Below, in pieces: positions 21,038 to 32,623 of a DNA stretch of 64,000 nt (within the stretch, counting starts at the first letter, position 1; each line of letters starts with the position of its first letter). Origin of the DNA: Escherichia coli. Its GTDB lineage: Bacteria > Pseudomonadota > Gammaproteobacteria > Enterobacterales > Enterobacteriaceae. The notes below the pieces were generated by a model. The model was not told the DNA's origin and did not search any database. It was given only the letters and a program-made list of their open reading frames with translations. Location: the NCBI RefSeq assembly GCF_003018255.1, contig NZ_CP027440.1, one strand, 5' to 3'. The position numbers were made by a program, and so were the translations under genes.

Positions 21038-22081
21038 ATGGCAGTACGAAAACTAACCACAGGGAAATGGCTTTGCGAATGTTACCCCGCCGGACGCAGC
21101 GGGCGTCGCGTGCGTAAACAGTTCGCTACCAAAGGCGAAGCATTAGCTTTTGAGCGTCACACGATGGAGGAGGCAGAAGCTAAGCCTTGGCTTGGTGAAT
21201 CGGTAGACCGTCGAACTCTACAGGATATCGTTGAACTCTGGTTCAAACTGCACGGCAAATCCCTGACCGCTGGCGAGCATGTTTACGACAAGTTGATACT
21301 GATGGTCGATGCTCTCGGAAATCCCCTCGCCACCGATCTAACATCCAAAATGTTCGCGCACTATCGCGATAAGCGCCTGACGGGTGAAATCTACTTCAGC
21401 GAAAAATGGAAGAAAGGAGCCAGCCCGGTAACTATCAATCTGGAGCAAAGCTATCTGAGTGGGGTCTTTAGCGAGTTAGCCCGACTCGGTGAATGGACAG
21501 CACCAAATCCACTGGAGAACATGCGTAAATTCACCATTGCCGAAAAAGAAATGGCCTGGCTGACACATGAACAAATCACAGAGCTTCTGTTCGACTGTCA
21601 ACGCCAAAGCCCCCTGCTCGCTCTTGTCGTCAAAATCTGCTTGAGCACCGGAGCACGTTGGCGCGAAGCTGTGAACCTGACACGTTCTCAGGTCACGAAA
21701 TACCGAATCACATTTGTCAGAACTAAGGGCAAAAAAAACCGCAGCATTCCGATCAGCAAAGAGCTGTATGAGGAAATTGTTGCCCTAGACGGCTTCAAAT
21801 TATTTACTGACTGCTACTTCCAGTTTTTAGCCGTGATGGATAGAACCTCGATCGTACTACCACGCGGGCAACTTACCCACGTTCTACGCCATACGTTCGC
21901 AGCACATTTTATGATGTCCGGCGGGAACATTCTTGCTTTGCAAAAAATCCTGGGCCACCACGATATAAAAATGACTATGCGCTATGCACATCTTGCCCCT
22001 GATCACCTTGAAACAGCACTGCGTTTCAATCCATTAGCCACACTTTCCACTAAAGCAACGAACCTTGAAGCAAACAGCTAA
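21038..22081 (+). CDS. int: Tyrosine integrase (P2/186 family)
   Basis: C-terminal catalytic region HVLRHTFA...MRYAHL; start taken at MAVRKLTTGKW (347 aa). Confidence 0.9.
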   Translation: MAVRKLTTGKWLCECYPAGRSGRRVRKQFATKGEALAFERHTMEEAEAKPWLGESVDRRTLQDIVELWFKLHGKSLTAGEHVYDKLILMVDALGNPLATDLTSKMFAHYRDKRLTGEIYFSEKWKKGASPVTINLEQSYLSGVFSELARLGEWTAPNPLENMRKFTIAEKEMAWLTHEQITELLFDCQRQSPLLALVVKICLSTGARWREAVNLTRSQVTKYRITFVRTKGKKNRSIPISKELYEEIVALDGFKLFTDCYFQFLAVMDRTSIVLPRGQLTHVLRHTFAAHFMMSGGNILALQKILGHHDIKMTMRYAHLAPDHLETALRFNPLATLSTKATNLEANS

Positions 22082-22121
22082 CACGTTAAAATAGCGCACC
22101 TTCCCTTAATAGAGTAAAGCT

Positions 22122-22607
22122 ATGTCCGGCATTGCGGATTTTTTTTCAGTTGTGGCTGCAGTTGGGGCAGTTGTAATCATCCCTGCTGCATATCAACCTA
22201 TTTATCAATCATCTAAAACAAAAAACTATGAGTCTTTGGTAAAAGTTGATTGGGGCAATGAAGGTGACATCTCTACTTCTTATCCACATTTCATACATAT
22301 ACAGTTAGAGAAAGCAGAAGGTGATTGGACTTTTTCAGGAGAACTCATCTGCACAATTAATCCCGAAGAAAAGTTCGTCATTCAGGGTAAACTGAGATGT
22401 CTTAGGACTATAGATGCTGTAATACATCGTACTATTGGCTGGCGGGCTATTGAGATTGGAAAGGCTAAAATCAAGTATGACCGCCGCACAAATCAGTGTC
22501 GATTTATCCCACAAAAGGTTGCTCAGAAGAAACTTGAGACTGATTGCGAACGTGCAATCTTCAGCACCAGCCTCCCTTTATGGGGAAATGACAAATCTCC
22601 GGTATAA
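22122..22607 (+). CDS. Membrane-anchored hypothetical protein (moron between int and the prophage end)
   Basis: 161 aa with one N-terminal TM helix (FFSVVAAVGAVVIIPAAY); AT-rich codon usage unlike phage core genes. Confidence 0.5.
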   Translation: MSGIADFFSVVAAVGAVVIIPAAYQPIYQSSKTKNYESLVKVDWGNEGDISTSYPHFIHIQLEKAEGDWTFSGELICTINPEEKFVIQGKLRCLRTIDAVIHRTIGWRAIEIGKAKIKYDRRTNQCRFIPQKVAQKKLETDCERAIFSTSLPLWGNDKSPV

Positions 22608-22709
22608 GTGGCGACAAAGTGGCGGCAGCGGTTGGCATTGTCCCGTAATCGCCACTCCTTATCACTAACCTAACTTATTGATTGTCTTGCAACTCATTGT
22701 TATTTCTAA

Positions 22710-23699
22710 CCCATTTACATAAATGGCAATAAAGTTGAGCTATACGGCAAGATGGTTGGTGAGCGAATTCTGACCGACCGTGAAAATGGTGAAAAAGGCG
22801 ATAATTCTCAAGATACCTCTTATGCCCGTGTAGGCGTGAAAGGTGAAACTCAGATCAACCCTGAACTGACTGGTTACGGTCAGTTTGAACTAGACCTGGA
22901 AGCATCAAACAGACACAACCCTGACCAAACTCGTTTGGCATATGCTGGTTTGAGTTACAAAGATTTTGGTTCATTCGACTACGGTCGTAATGTCGGTGTC
23001 GCGTATGATGCAGAAGCATTTACTGATATGTTTGTTGAGTGGGGCGGTGACTCATGGGCTGGTACTGACCTGTTCATGACCAACCGTACCAACGGTGTTG
23101 CAACCTATCGTAACACAGATTTCTTTGGCATGGTTGAAGGTCTAAATTTTGCTCTGCAATATCAGGGTAAAAATGAAGGTACAGGCAACTACAAAGCAAA
23201 TGGCGATGGCCATGGTTTATCTGCAACTTACACTATTGACGGTTTCTCATTTGCTGGTGCTTATGCAAACTCTGACCGTACTGATTGGCAGTCTGGTGAT
23301 GGTAAAGGCGAAAGAGCCGAAGTTTGGGCGTTGTCAACAAAATATGACGCTAACAATGTCTATGCTGCTGTGATGTACGGTGAATCTCACAACATGAATT
23401 CCGACGACGGTGATGTTGTGAACAAAACACAAAACTTCGAAGCTGTTCTGCAATATCAGTTCGACTTTGGTCTGCGTCCATCCATCGGTTACTCCTATTC
23501 TAAAGCACTGGACGTAGCAGGTTACAAAGATTCTGATCGTCTGAACTATATTGAAATCGGTACCTGGTATTACTTCAATAAGAATATGAACGTATATACC
23601 GCTTATCAGATCAACCTGCTTGATAAGAGTGATTATGTTCTCGCTCATGGACTGAACACCGACGACCAACTGGCAGTTGGTATCGTCTACCAGTTCTAA
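22710..23699 (+). pseudogene. General porin gene (OmpC/OmpF/OmpS family), 5'-truncated
   Basis: Reading frame aligns to OmpC from about mature residue 3 onward (PIYINGNKVELYGK, then the C-terminal AVGIVYQF), but the signal peptide and promoter are absent and an in-frame stop lies at about 22707. Position upstream of hchA matches yedS in K-12. Confidence 0.7.
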
Positions 23700-23741
23700 T
23701 CAGCCAACGCGCCGAGGCGTGTTACTGTAAAACATAACACC

Positions 23742-23780
23742 AGCCTGAGTTCGTCCCTCATCGAACTCAGGCTTTTTTTA
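23742..23780 (+). terminator. Rho-independent terminator after the porin gene
   Basis: Hairpin CCTGAGTTCG...CGAACTCAGG followed by a T-run. Confidence 0.6.
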
Positions 23781-24294
23781 TTTGCATTTCATCGCCATCT
23801 GCGGCGCACGCAATTGCCAAAGCATATCGATACAGCCCCTTACCCTGCCCCTACTGGCACAATATCCTCTACCAGCAACTCTTCCAGCCAACACCCCAAA
23901 TGCATTTCTTTATAAATTTAATCTGTAACAAAACCGCTTCCCATATAGAAATATTTGCAAAAATAGTGCATGAAAAAAGCTTTTTCCCTACCAATCCGGG
24001 ATATAAATATTCATCAGTACCACAACATTCCACAGCACTAAATCTCTCCCCATCGCCCCCAAACCTCTGATAATGGTCTAAAATCATTGAGGCCACTTGC
24101 GACGACGTTACTCAATAAGGAAAGTTTGGCGTGAATAATATTCAACACCAGTGCAGCATCATAATTACATACTTACACCCGCCGACTACCGCTTTCGATA
24201 TATTGACTCAATTTTCCAGCCTGGGTAAAAATAACGACCAGCTCAGTCGCAAATATAGTGACTACCCTAACTAAGCAACAATAAGGAATACACT

Positions 24295-25146
24295 ATGACT
24301 GTTCAAACAAGTAAAAACCCGCAGGTCGATATTGCTGAAGATAATGCATTCTTCCCTTCAGAATATTCGCTTAGCCAATATACCAGTCCCGTCTCTGATC
24401 TTGATGGTGTGGACTATCCAAAACCGTATCGCGGTAAACATAAAATTCTGGTGATCGCCGCGGACGAACGTTATTTGCCGACCGATAACGGAAAACTGTT
24501 CTCGACCGGTAACCATCCGATTGAAACGTTGCTGCCGTTGTATCATCTCCACGCTGCAGGTTTCGAATTCGAAGTGGCGACCATTTCCGGTCTGATGACC
24601 AAGTTTGAATACTGGGCTATGCCACACAAAGATGAAAAAGTAATGCCATTCTTTGAGCAGCATAAATCGTTGTTCCGCAATCCGAAGAAACTCGCGGATG
24701 TTGTCGCCAGCCTCAACGCTGATAGCGAATATGCAGCAATCTTTGTTCCTGGTGGTCATGGCGCACTTATTGGTTTACCTGAAAGCCAGGACGTAGCTGC
24801 CGCTTTACAGTGGGCAATCAAAAATGACCGTTTTGTTATCTCCCTTTGCCACGGCCCGGCGGCTTTTCTGGCGCTTCGCCACGGCGATAACCCACTGAAT
24901 GGTTATTCCATTTGCGCATTCCCAGACGCCGCAGACAAACAAACGCCAGAGATAGGCTATATGCCGGGTCATCTCACCTGGTACTTCGGCGAAGAGCTGA
25001 AGAAAATGGGCATGAACATTATTAATGACGACATCACCGGGCGAGTACATAAGGACCGTAAAGTTCTCACCGGCGACAGTCCTTTCGCAGCGAATGCGTT
25101 GGGTAAACTGGCGGCGCAGGAAATGCTGGCAGCTTACGCGGGTTAA
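24295..25146 (+). CDS. hchA: Hsp31 glyoxalase III / protein deglycase
   Basis: 283 aa; DJ-1/PfpI-like sequence recognised as HchA. Confidence 0.9.
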   Translation: MTVQTSKNPQVDIAEDNAFFPSEYSLSQYTSPVSDLDGVDYPKPYRGKHKILVIAADERYLPTDNGKLFSTGNHPIETLLPLYHLHAAGFEFEVATISGLMTKFEYWAMPHKDEKVMPFFEQHKSLFRNPKKLADVVASLNADSEYAAIFVPGGHGALIGLPESQDVAAALQWAIKNDRFVISLCHGPAAFLALRHGDNPLNGYSICAFPDAADKQTPEIGYMPGHLTWYFGEELKKMGMNIINDDITGRVHKDRKVLTGDSPFAANALGKLAAQEMLAAYAG

Positions 25147-25253
25147 TCCCTGTTACGTTTGAATGTAAGCGCATAATCAATCGCAGCCGCGTTAGTACTC
25201 ACGACGTGGCTGCGTGTTTTCACGGTTAATTTATGGCGTACTGAAGCCCTATG

Positions 25254-26612
25254 TTAATTTCTTTGCGGTAACGTAATCCGGAATACATTATGCTTATTGA
25301 GATAGTGATACGTAGCACTTCCCCCATGCAATTCGGCAATCGCTTTGACTAAAGAAAGACCAAGTCCCTGACCTACGGAATGACGCGAATTATCTCCCCG
25401 CCAAAATCTACGGAAGAGTTTTTCAGGCTCATGAATTTTCGTTCCAGGGCTGGCGATATCAATATTAAGAGAGCCGTTGGTATCAAGAAAACTGGTTATA
25501 TGAATACGCGATTTTTCTGGCGAATATCGAATGGCGTTAACAATAAGATTCGATAACATTCGTTGCAGTAAAATTTTATCCGCAAAGATTTGCTGATTGC
25601 ACTCGACCTTAAGGCAAATCTCTTTCTCGTCTGAAAGGTATTCAAGATAGTCCAACAAATTTTCGACTTCCTTATTGAGAGAAAGCGAATCCAGTTTCAC
25701 CAAAACATTGTTTTTATCTGCCCTGGCAAGAAACAGTATGTTCTCTGTTAACCGCGAAATATTTTCCAGCTCTTCAATGTTTCCGGCAATTGTTTTTTGA
25801 TATTCAGCGATACTTCTGGTTTGACTGAGCGTAACCTGATTCTGACCCAGTAATGCATTAATTGGTGTTCTAAGTTCATGAGCGAGATCGTCAGCAAACT
25901 GACTTAGACGCTCAAAATCTTTGACTAAAGCATGATGCATTTTATTCAACGCCTGCCCAAGAGGTTTTAGTTCTCTCGGTAATGCGCTAACCTCAACAGG
26001 CTCCCGGTTATCGTTATAATTCAGCGCTTCCGTTACACCACTCAACTTTTTGATCTCTCGTAACCCCGTTCTGATTAACAGCGGACTTAATACTGAGCAA
26101 AGTACAATGGCGACAATGCAAATTATAATGCTATTGATTTTATACTGTTCAAGCATGTTATGTCTGGCTGAAGCCAATTTAGCCACAGTAACCGTTAATG
26201 ATGGCGAAACTTCATCAATATTAATTCGTAAAGCATCTATCTCTGTGTCATTAATAATGCTTCTGTAAATGCCAGCTGCGCTGATTGTCTCACTAGCAGG
26301 TATGTTATTTAACATGCCATCACTGACATTTGTCCGGTTAACAATTTTATTGATGCCATGACCATGAATGATCAAGATATCCTGACTAACATCCATCATC
26401 CGGTTAAAGTACACAGGTAACGTATCTGGATTTACCCCATCAATTAACAACTGCTTGATCTGCGCTGTCCGGTTAATGAGTGTTGTATCATCGCGCCATT
26501 TCAACTCACTTGCCAGGCCATTATAGAGAGTCCAGACAATTCCAGCGCCAGCAACAGACAGCAGCAATATAAAAAGCAAGGTTAAACGGACGGTTATTGA
26601 TAATCTTTTCAT
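25254..26612 (-). CDS. hprS: Two-component sensor histidine kinase
   Basis: 452 aa; two TM segments, HAMP, H-box (ELRTP) and ATPase domains; K-12 position of yedV. Confidence 0.85.
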   Translation of the reverse strand: MKRLSITVRLTLLFILLLSVAGAGIVWTLYNGLASELKWRDDTTLINRTAQIKQLLIDGVNPDTLPVYFNRMMDVSQDILIIHGHGINKIVNRTNVSDGMLNNIPASETISAAGIYRSIINDTEIDALRINIDEVSPSLTVTVAKLASARHNMLEQYKINSIIICIVAIVLCSVLSPLLIRTGLREIKKLSGVTEALNYNDNREPVEVSALPRELKPLGQALNKMHHALVKDFERLSQFADDLAHELRTPINALLGQNQVTLSQTRSIAEYQKTIAGNIEELENISRLTENILFLARADKNNVLVKLDSLSLNKEVENLLDYLEYLSDEKEICLKVECNQQIFADKILLQRMLSNLIVNAIRYSPEKSRIHITSFLDTNGSLNIDIASPGTKIHEPEKLFRRFWRGDNSRHSVGQGLGLSLVKAIAELHGGSATYHYLNKHNVFRITLPQRN

Positions 26613-27283
26613 TATTTTTTTACCGCTACGAATGAATATCCCATCCCACGGATTGTGGCAATGAGCTTTTCAGGAAAAGGATCATCAACTTTTGCGCGGA
26701 GCCTGCGAATGGCGACATCCACCGTATTGGTATCACTATCAAAGTTGATTCCCCAAATTTCACTCGCAATAACCGTTCTGGGTATAATTTCGCCAGCTCT
26801 GGAGGCCAGTAGCCAAAGTAACTGAAACTCCTTGCGCGTCAGTGTAATACTGATATTGTTCCTGCTCACACTTTGACTAACAGAGTCCATTCTTAAGCCA
26901 CTGATTTCTAATGTTGAATTCAAAGCGTGATGTTGCCTTAATTGTGCCCGAACCCTTGCCAGCAACTCAGAAAATGAAAAAGGTTTTACCAGATAATCAT
27001 TTGCCCCACTGTCCAGCCCTCTGACTCTGTCATCGATAGAATCCCTTGCAGTAAGGCAAATAACAGGGGTTTGCTTTGCTGTTCTTAACGTTTGTAAGAT
27101 CTGCCAGCCATCCATACCCGGAAGCATAATATCCAGAATGATCAATGCATAATCATCCTTCAGCGCAAGATAAAGCCCATCTCTGCCATCAGAAACGGCA
27201 TCAATGACATAACCCGCTTCGGAAAGCCCCTGCGTTACCCATTCCTGGGTCCTTTGATTATCTTCAATAAGTAGAATCTTCAT
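26612..27283 (-). CDS. hprR: OmpR-family response regulator
   Basis: Start at MKILLIEDN gives 223 aa; receiver plus winged-helix domains. Confidence 0.85.
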   Translation of the reverse strand: MKILLIEDNQRTQEWVTQGLSEAGYVIDAVSDGRDGLYLALKDDYALIILDIMLPGMDGWQILQTLRTAKQTPVICLTARDSIDDRVRGLDSGANDYLVKPFSFSELLARVRAQLRQHHALNSTLEISGLRMDSVSQSVSRNNISITLTRKEFQLLWLLASRAGEIIPRTVIASEIWGINFDSDTNTVDVAIRRLRAKVDDPFPEKLIATIRGMGYSFVAVKK

Positions 27284-27415
27284 GAAAATAATATGCCATA
27301 AATCATATGTTATAGAAACAGCCTGGTTCATTACAAAATTGTAATGCTGCTGTAAGGTTACCCTGGACGTTTTTTCGCTATCCTCAAAACTCATTCACAT
27401 GACAAGGATATAAAC

Positions 27416-27829
27416 ATGTTAAAGCGTTATTTAGTACTCTCCGTAGTAACGGCTGCATTTTCATTACCTTCTTTGGTCTATGCTGCACAACAAAACATTC
27501 TTAGCGTGCACATTTTGAACCAGCAAACAGGAAAACCCGCTGCCGACGTGACAGTCACTCTTGAAAAGAAAGCGGACAACGGCTGGTTACAACTTAATAC
27601 CGCCAAAACAGATAAGGATGGACGAATTAAGGCACTGTGGCCCGAGCAAACTGCAACTACGGGCGATTACCGTGTCGTATTTAAAACCGGGGACTATTTC
27701 AAGAAACAAAATCTTGAAAGTTTCTTCCCTGAGATCCCCGTTGAATTTCATATTAATAAAGTGAACGAGCATTATCATGTGCCTTTATTACTTAGCCAAT
27801 ATGGGTATTCAACCTATCGTGGCAGTTAA
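27416..27829 (+). CDS. hiuH: 5-hydroxyisourate hydrolase (transthyretin-like)
   Basis: 137 aa with signal peptide and C-terminal YRGS. Confidence 0.85.
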   Translation: MLKRYLVLSVVTAAFSLPSLVYAAQQNILSVHILNQQTGKPAADVTVTLEKKADNGWLQLNTAKTDKDGRIKALWPEQTATTGDYRVVFKTGDYFKKQNLESFFPEIPVEFHINKVNEHYHVPLLLSQYGYSTYRGS

Positions 27830-27931
27830 TGCATAAATATATAAAAGCAGATCTCTGCTACTGTTAGGGAGGTGACTCCCTGACAGATTAACAGTAAACG
27901 GCTCTTGCTGGCTAACGACAAAAAAGTGTGA

Positions 27932-28942
<1,011 letters not shown>

Positions 28943-29578
28943 ATGCGTCTGACAGCAAAACAGGTGACATGGCTGAAAGTTTGCCTGCATCTTGCCGGAT
29001 TGTTGCCGTTTCTCTGGCTGGTCTGGGCGATTAATCACGGTGGATTGGGTGCCGATCCGGTGAAAGATATTCAGCATTTTACTGGTCGCACTGCACTGAA
29101 ATTTTTGCTGGCGACCTTGTTAATCACACCTCTGGCACGCTACGCAAAACAGCCGTTATTGATACGCACTCGCCGCCTGTTAGGCTTATGGTGCTTTGCC
29201 TGGGCGACACTGCATTTAACCAGTTACGTATTGCTGGAGCTGGGCGTGAATAATCTGGCGTTATTAGGTAAGGAGTTAATTACTCGGCCTTATTTAACGT
29301 TAGGTATTATCAGCTGGGTAATTTTGCTTGCGTTAGCGTTCACTTCAACCCAGGCGATGCAGCGAAAACTCGGTAAACACTGGCAACAGTTGCATAACTT
29401 CGTCTATCTTGTCGCGATCCTGGCCCCAATACATTATTTGTGGTCAGTGAAGATTATTTCACCGCAGCCGCTCATCTACGCTGGGCTGGCGGTACTGCTT
29501 TTAGCCTTACGGTATAAGAAGTTGCTTTCCTTTTTCAACCGGTTACGCAAGCAGGTTCACAACAAATTATCTCTATAA
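28943..29578 (+). CDS. msrQ: Methionine sulfoxide reductase heme-binding membrane subunit
   Basis: 211 aa polytopic membrane protein adjacent to msrP. Confidence 0.9.
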   Translation: MRLTAKQVTWLKVCLHLAGLLPFLWLVWAINHGGLGADPVKDIQHFTGRTALKFLLATLLITPLARYAKQPLLIRTRRLLGLWCFAWATLHLTSYVLLELGVNNLALLGKELITRPYLTLGIISWVILLALAFTSTQAMQRKLGKHWQQLHNFVYLVAILAPIHYLWSVKIISPQPLIYAGLAVLLLALRYKKLLSFFNRLRKQVHNKLSL

Positions 29579-29604
29579 CTTCATATTGCCGACAAAGTAC
29601 GCGT

Positions 29605-29645
29605 TATCCCTGCCGGATGCGGCGCGAGCGCCCTATCCGGCCCAC
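29605..29645. repeat. REP (repetitive extragenic palindromic) element
   Basis: GCCGGATGCGGCGCGAGCGCCCTATCCGGCC palindrome just after msrQ. Confidence 0.6.
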
Positions 29646-29775
29646 ACAGATCGCATCAAGTTATGTTTCGTTTGTCATCAACCTCAAATCATCGACATAA
29701 TTTATTTTATTTCAATAAGATAGATAAGCACACCTGAGAGAACTATTCTCTTGTCTCCTAAGAGTTGTTGCATTT

Positions 29776-29797
29776 TGTTATATGTTACAATATAACA
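29776..29797. promoter_or_regulatory. Zur-box-like palindrome upstream of zinT
   Basis: TGTTATATGTTACAATATAACA about 40 bp upstream of the zinT start. Confidence 0.55.
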
Positions 29798-29834
29798 TTA
29801 CACATCATATACATTAACTCTGGAGGAAACTGTT

Positions 29835-30485
29835 TTGGCGATTCGTCTTCATAAACTGGCTGTTGCTTTAGGTGTCTTTATTGTTAGCGCTCCTGCCTTT
29901 TCGCATGGTCATCACTCACACGGCAAACCCTTAACAGAGGTCGAACAAAAAGCTGCTAATGGTGTTTTTGATGATACCAATGTACAAAACCGAACGCTCA
30001 GTGACTGGGATGGAGTCTGGCAATCCGTTTACCCTTTACTGCAAAGTGGCAAACTTGATCCCGTCTTTCAGAAGAAAGCGGATGCAGATAAAACCAAACC
30101 ATTTGCTGAAATTAAAGATTATTATCGCAAAGGTTATGCGACAGATATCGAAATGATTGGCATTGAGGACGGCATTGTCGAATTCCATAGAAATAATGAA
30201 ACAACATCCTGTAAATATGATTACGATGGATACAAAATACTCACCTATAAATCAGGCAAGAAAGGCGTTCGTTACTTATTCGAATGTAAAGATCCTGAAA
30301 GCAAAGCCCCTAAATATATACAATTTAGCGATCATATAATTGCACCACGAAAATCATCTCATTTTCACATTTTTATGGGTAATGATTCCCAGCAATCTTT
30401 ATTGAATGAAATGGAAAACTGGCCAACGTATTATCCCTATCAGTTGAGTAGCGAAGAAGTGGTCGAGGAGATGATGTCTCATTGA
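29835..30485 (+). CDS. zinT: Periplasmic zinc/cadmium-binding protein
   Basis: 216 aa with signal peptide and His-rich stretch HGHHSHG. Confidence 0.9.
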   Translation: MAIRLHKLAVALGVFIVSAPAFSHGHHSHGKPLTEVEQKAANGVFDDTNVQNRTLSDWDGVWQSVYPLLQSGKLDPVFQKKADADKTKPFAEIKDYYRKGYATDIEMIGIEDGIVEFHRNNETTSCKYDYDGYKILTYKSGKKGVRYLFECKDPESKAPKYIQFSDHIIAPRKSSHFHIFMGNDSQQSLLNEMENWPTYYPYQLSSEEVVEEMMSH

Positions 30486-30574
30486 TTTTTTTGCGCTGAC
30501 TTCAGTTATTTAACAGAACAGTGCCTGGTAGTAACAACAATAATTTACCAAGACAAATAAGTAAGACAAACTCA

Positions 30575-30608
30575 GACACGCTCATGCTTGAGACGTGTCT
30601 TTTTTATT
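30575..30608 (+). terminator. Rho-independent terminator
   Basis: Stem GACACG/CGTGTC followed by TTTTTTATT. Confidence 0.5.
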
Positions 30609-31154
30609 ATGTCTGTAGAAAAAAACTGAGAAAACGGCGAACAATAAATACACAACTCACCAATACAGACTGGCTGCGCCAATGTCTCCAGGAGCAAGTC
30701 ATCTGTCATGGTAAAGCTAACCAGAAATATAGGTTAATTTTGGTATTTAAACCTTTTTTACTTGTTAGTATGATACAAAGGCTTTCAAAAAAGCTGGGAA
30801 ATTCAACAACTCTTGGAAATTATGGACTTTGTCCCGCGGCTTTAATCTGACGGCCGCGTTCCTTTTTTTGCTCAATTATTGACCCCTTCTCTACGCAAAT
30901 TCAGTTCCCACCACTAACTTTGCGGCAGCTTCGTAGGATCAATGTCTAAAAGAATAATGGTGACCGATAAGAAAACGACTGAATAACTGCAGATTTTCGC
31001 TCGAGACCTTCTTGTCAGATCCATAGCGAATCAAGTGCTGAATGTCACAGTATCGAACAGAAAACAGTGACGATCTAACCCTTCAAGAATATTCTACGAT
31101 TGTTCTGTTTAGGAAAAGCAAGGCGGGAAGTCGGGAGATAAGTCATTGATAAAG

Positions 31155-31244
31155 TGGCGGAGAGAGGGGGATTTGAACCCCCGGTAGAGTTGCCCCTACT
31201 CCGGTTTTCGAGACCGGTCCGTTCAGCCGCTCCGGCATCTCTCC
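31155..31244 (-). tRNA. serU: tRNA-Ser (anticodon CGA)
   Basis: Minus strand reads GGAGAGATGCCGGAGCGGCTGAACGGACCGGTCTCGAAAACCGG...CTCTCCGCCA with a long variable arm. Confidence 0.9.
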
Positions 31245-31337
31245 GTTCAGATGGTTGCCATGATGCCAGGAAATTTGGCATTTTAACAGTCCCTGTCCGT
31301 GCAATTTTGTTCAAGTGACGAGTTTGCGAGCAAAACG

Positions 31338-32135
31338 ATGATTAAGTGGCCCTGGAAAGTACAAGAATCAGCACATCAAACTGCCCTTCCCTGGCAGGAA
31401 GCACTATCGATCCCCCTTTTAACGTGTCTGACGGAACAGGAACAAAGCAAATTAGTCACTCTTGCCGAACGTTTTTTACAGCAAAAGCGGCTTGTTCCTT
31501 TACAGGGCTTTGAACTGGATTCATTAAGAAGCTGCCGGATAGCACTTCTATTTTGCCTGCCCGTTCTGGAGTTAGGACTGGAATGGCTGGATGGTTTTCA
31601 TGAAGTCTTAATTTATCCTGCGCCATTTGTGGTCGATGATGAATGGGAAGACGATATCGGTCTGGTGCATAACCAACGTATTGTTCAGTCAGGTCAGAGC
31701 TGGCAGCAAGGGCCTATCGTTTTGAACTGGTTGGATATACAAGATTCTTTTGATGCTTCTGGTTTTAACCTGATTATTCATGAAGTCGCTCATAAGCTGG
31801 ACACCCGTAACGGCGATCGCGCCAGCGGAGTTCCCTTTATTCCGTTGCGTGAGGTTGCTGGCTGGGAACACGATCTTCATGCTGCAATGAACAACATTCA
31901 GGAAGAAATCGAATTGGTTGGCGAGAATGCGGCGAGCATTGATGCTTATGCTGCCAGTGATCCTGCTGAATGTTTTGCCGTACTTTCTGAATATTTCTTT
32001 AGCGCCCCAGAACTTTTTGCTCCACGTTTCCCTTCATTGTGGCAACGTTTCTGCCAATTTTATCAACAAGATCCTTTGCAGAGACTGCATCACGCTAATG
32101 ATACAGACTCGTTTTCGGCGACGAATGTTCATTAA
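31338..32135 (+). CDS. mtfA: Mlc titration factor A
   Basis: Start MIKWPWK; HEXXH-type motif (HEVAHKLD). Confidence 0.9.
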   Translation: MIKWPWKVQESAHQTALPWQEALSIPLLTCLTEQEQSKLVTLAERFLQQKRLVPLQGFELDSLRSCRIALLFCLPVLELGLEWLDGFHEVLIYPAPFVVDDEWEDDIGLVHNQRIVQSGQSWQQGPIVLNWLDIQDSFDASGFNLIIHEVAHKLDTRNGDRASGVPFIPLREVAGWEHDLHAAMNNIQEEIELVGENAASIDAYAASDPAECFAVLSEYFFSAPELFAPRFPSLWQRFCQFYQQDPLQRLHHANDTDSFSATNVH

Positions 32136-32235
32136 TTAACAACTTTGCAGATTAATTAACCAATTGAAATGACTTATGAAATTTAGTGTTGACAGACAAA
32201 GTACCGCTAAGTAATATGCGCCCCGTTCACACGAT

Positions 32236-32311
32236 TCCTCTGTAGTTCAGTCGGTAGAACGGCGGACTGTTAATCCGTATGTCACTGGTTCGAGTCCAGT
32301 CAGAGGAGCCA
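32236..32311 (+). tRNA. asnT: tRNA-Asn (GUU)
   Basis: TCCTCTGTAGTTCAGTCGGTAGAACGGCGGACTGTTAATCCG...AGGAGCCA. Confidence 0.95.
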
Positions 32312-32623
32312 AATTCTAAAAATTCGCTTTTTAGCGCAATGTCACTGACCTTAGTTGAGCATTGCTTTTTAACGGATAGCGGGTTTTTGACATCTTAAGC
32401 GCCCTCGACCTTTATGGTTGAGGGCGTTTTGCTATGAACGCCATCACCATTTTCCCCTCGATTACAAAACTTGAGTAATTCAGTAGTCTCCCCTCTTGCA
32501 ACTCACACCCAAAACTGCTTAACGAAAAGTTATTAATTTTCAATCATATTGCTATCAGGATTTACATTTTTTCGCTGTGCTAGAAAGGGCGCATTTATGT
32601 TAGCTCGTTCAGGGAAGGTAAGC

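Noticed and set aside
30521-30850. 109-aa ORF after zinT
   Set aside because: AT-rich, low-complexity product, no ribosome-binding context, spans a terminator hairpin; judged non-coding.
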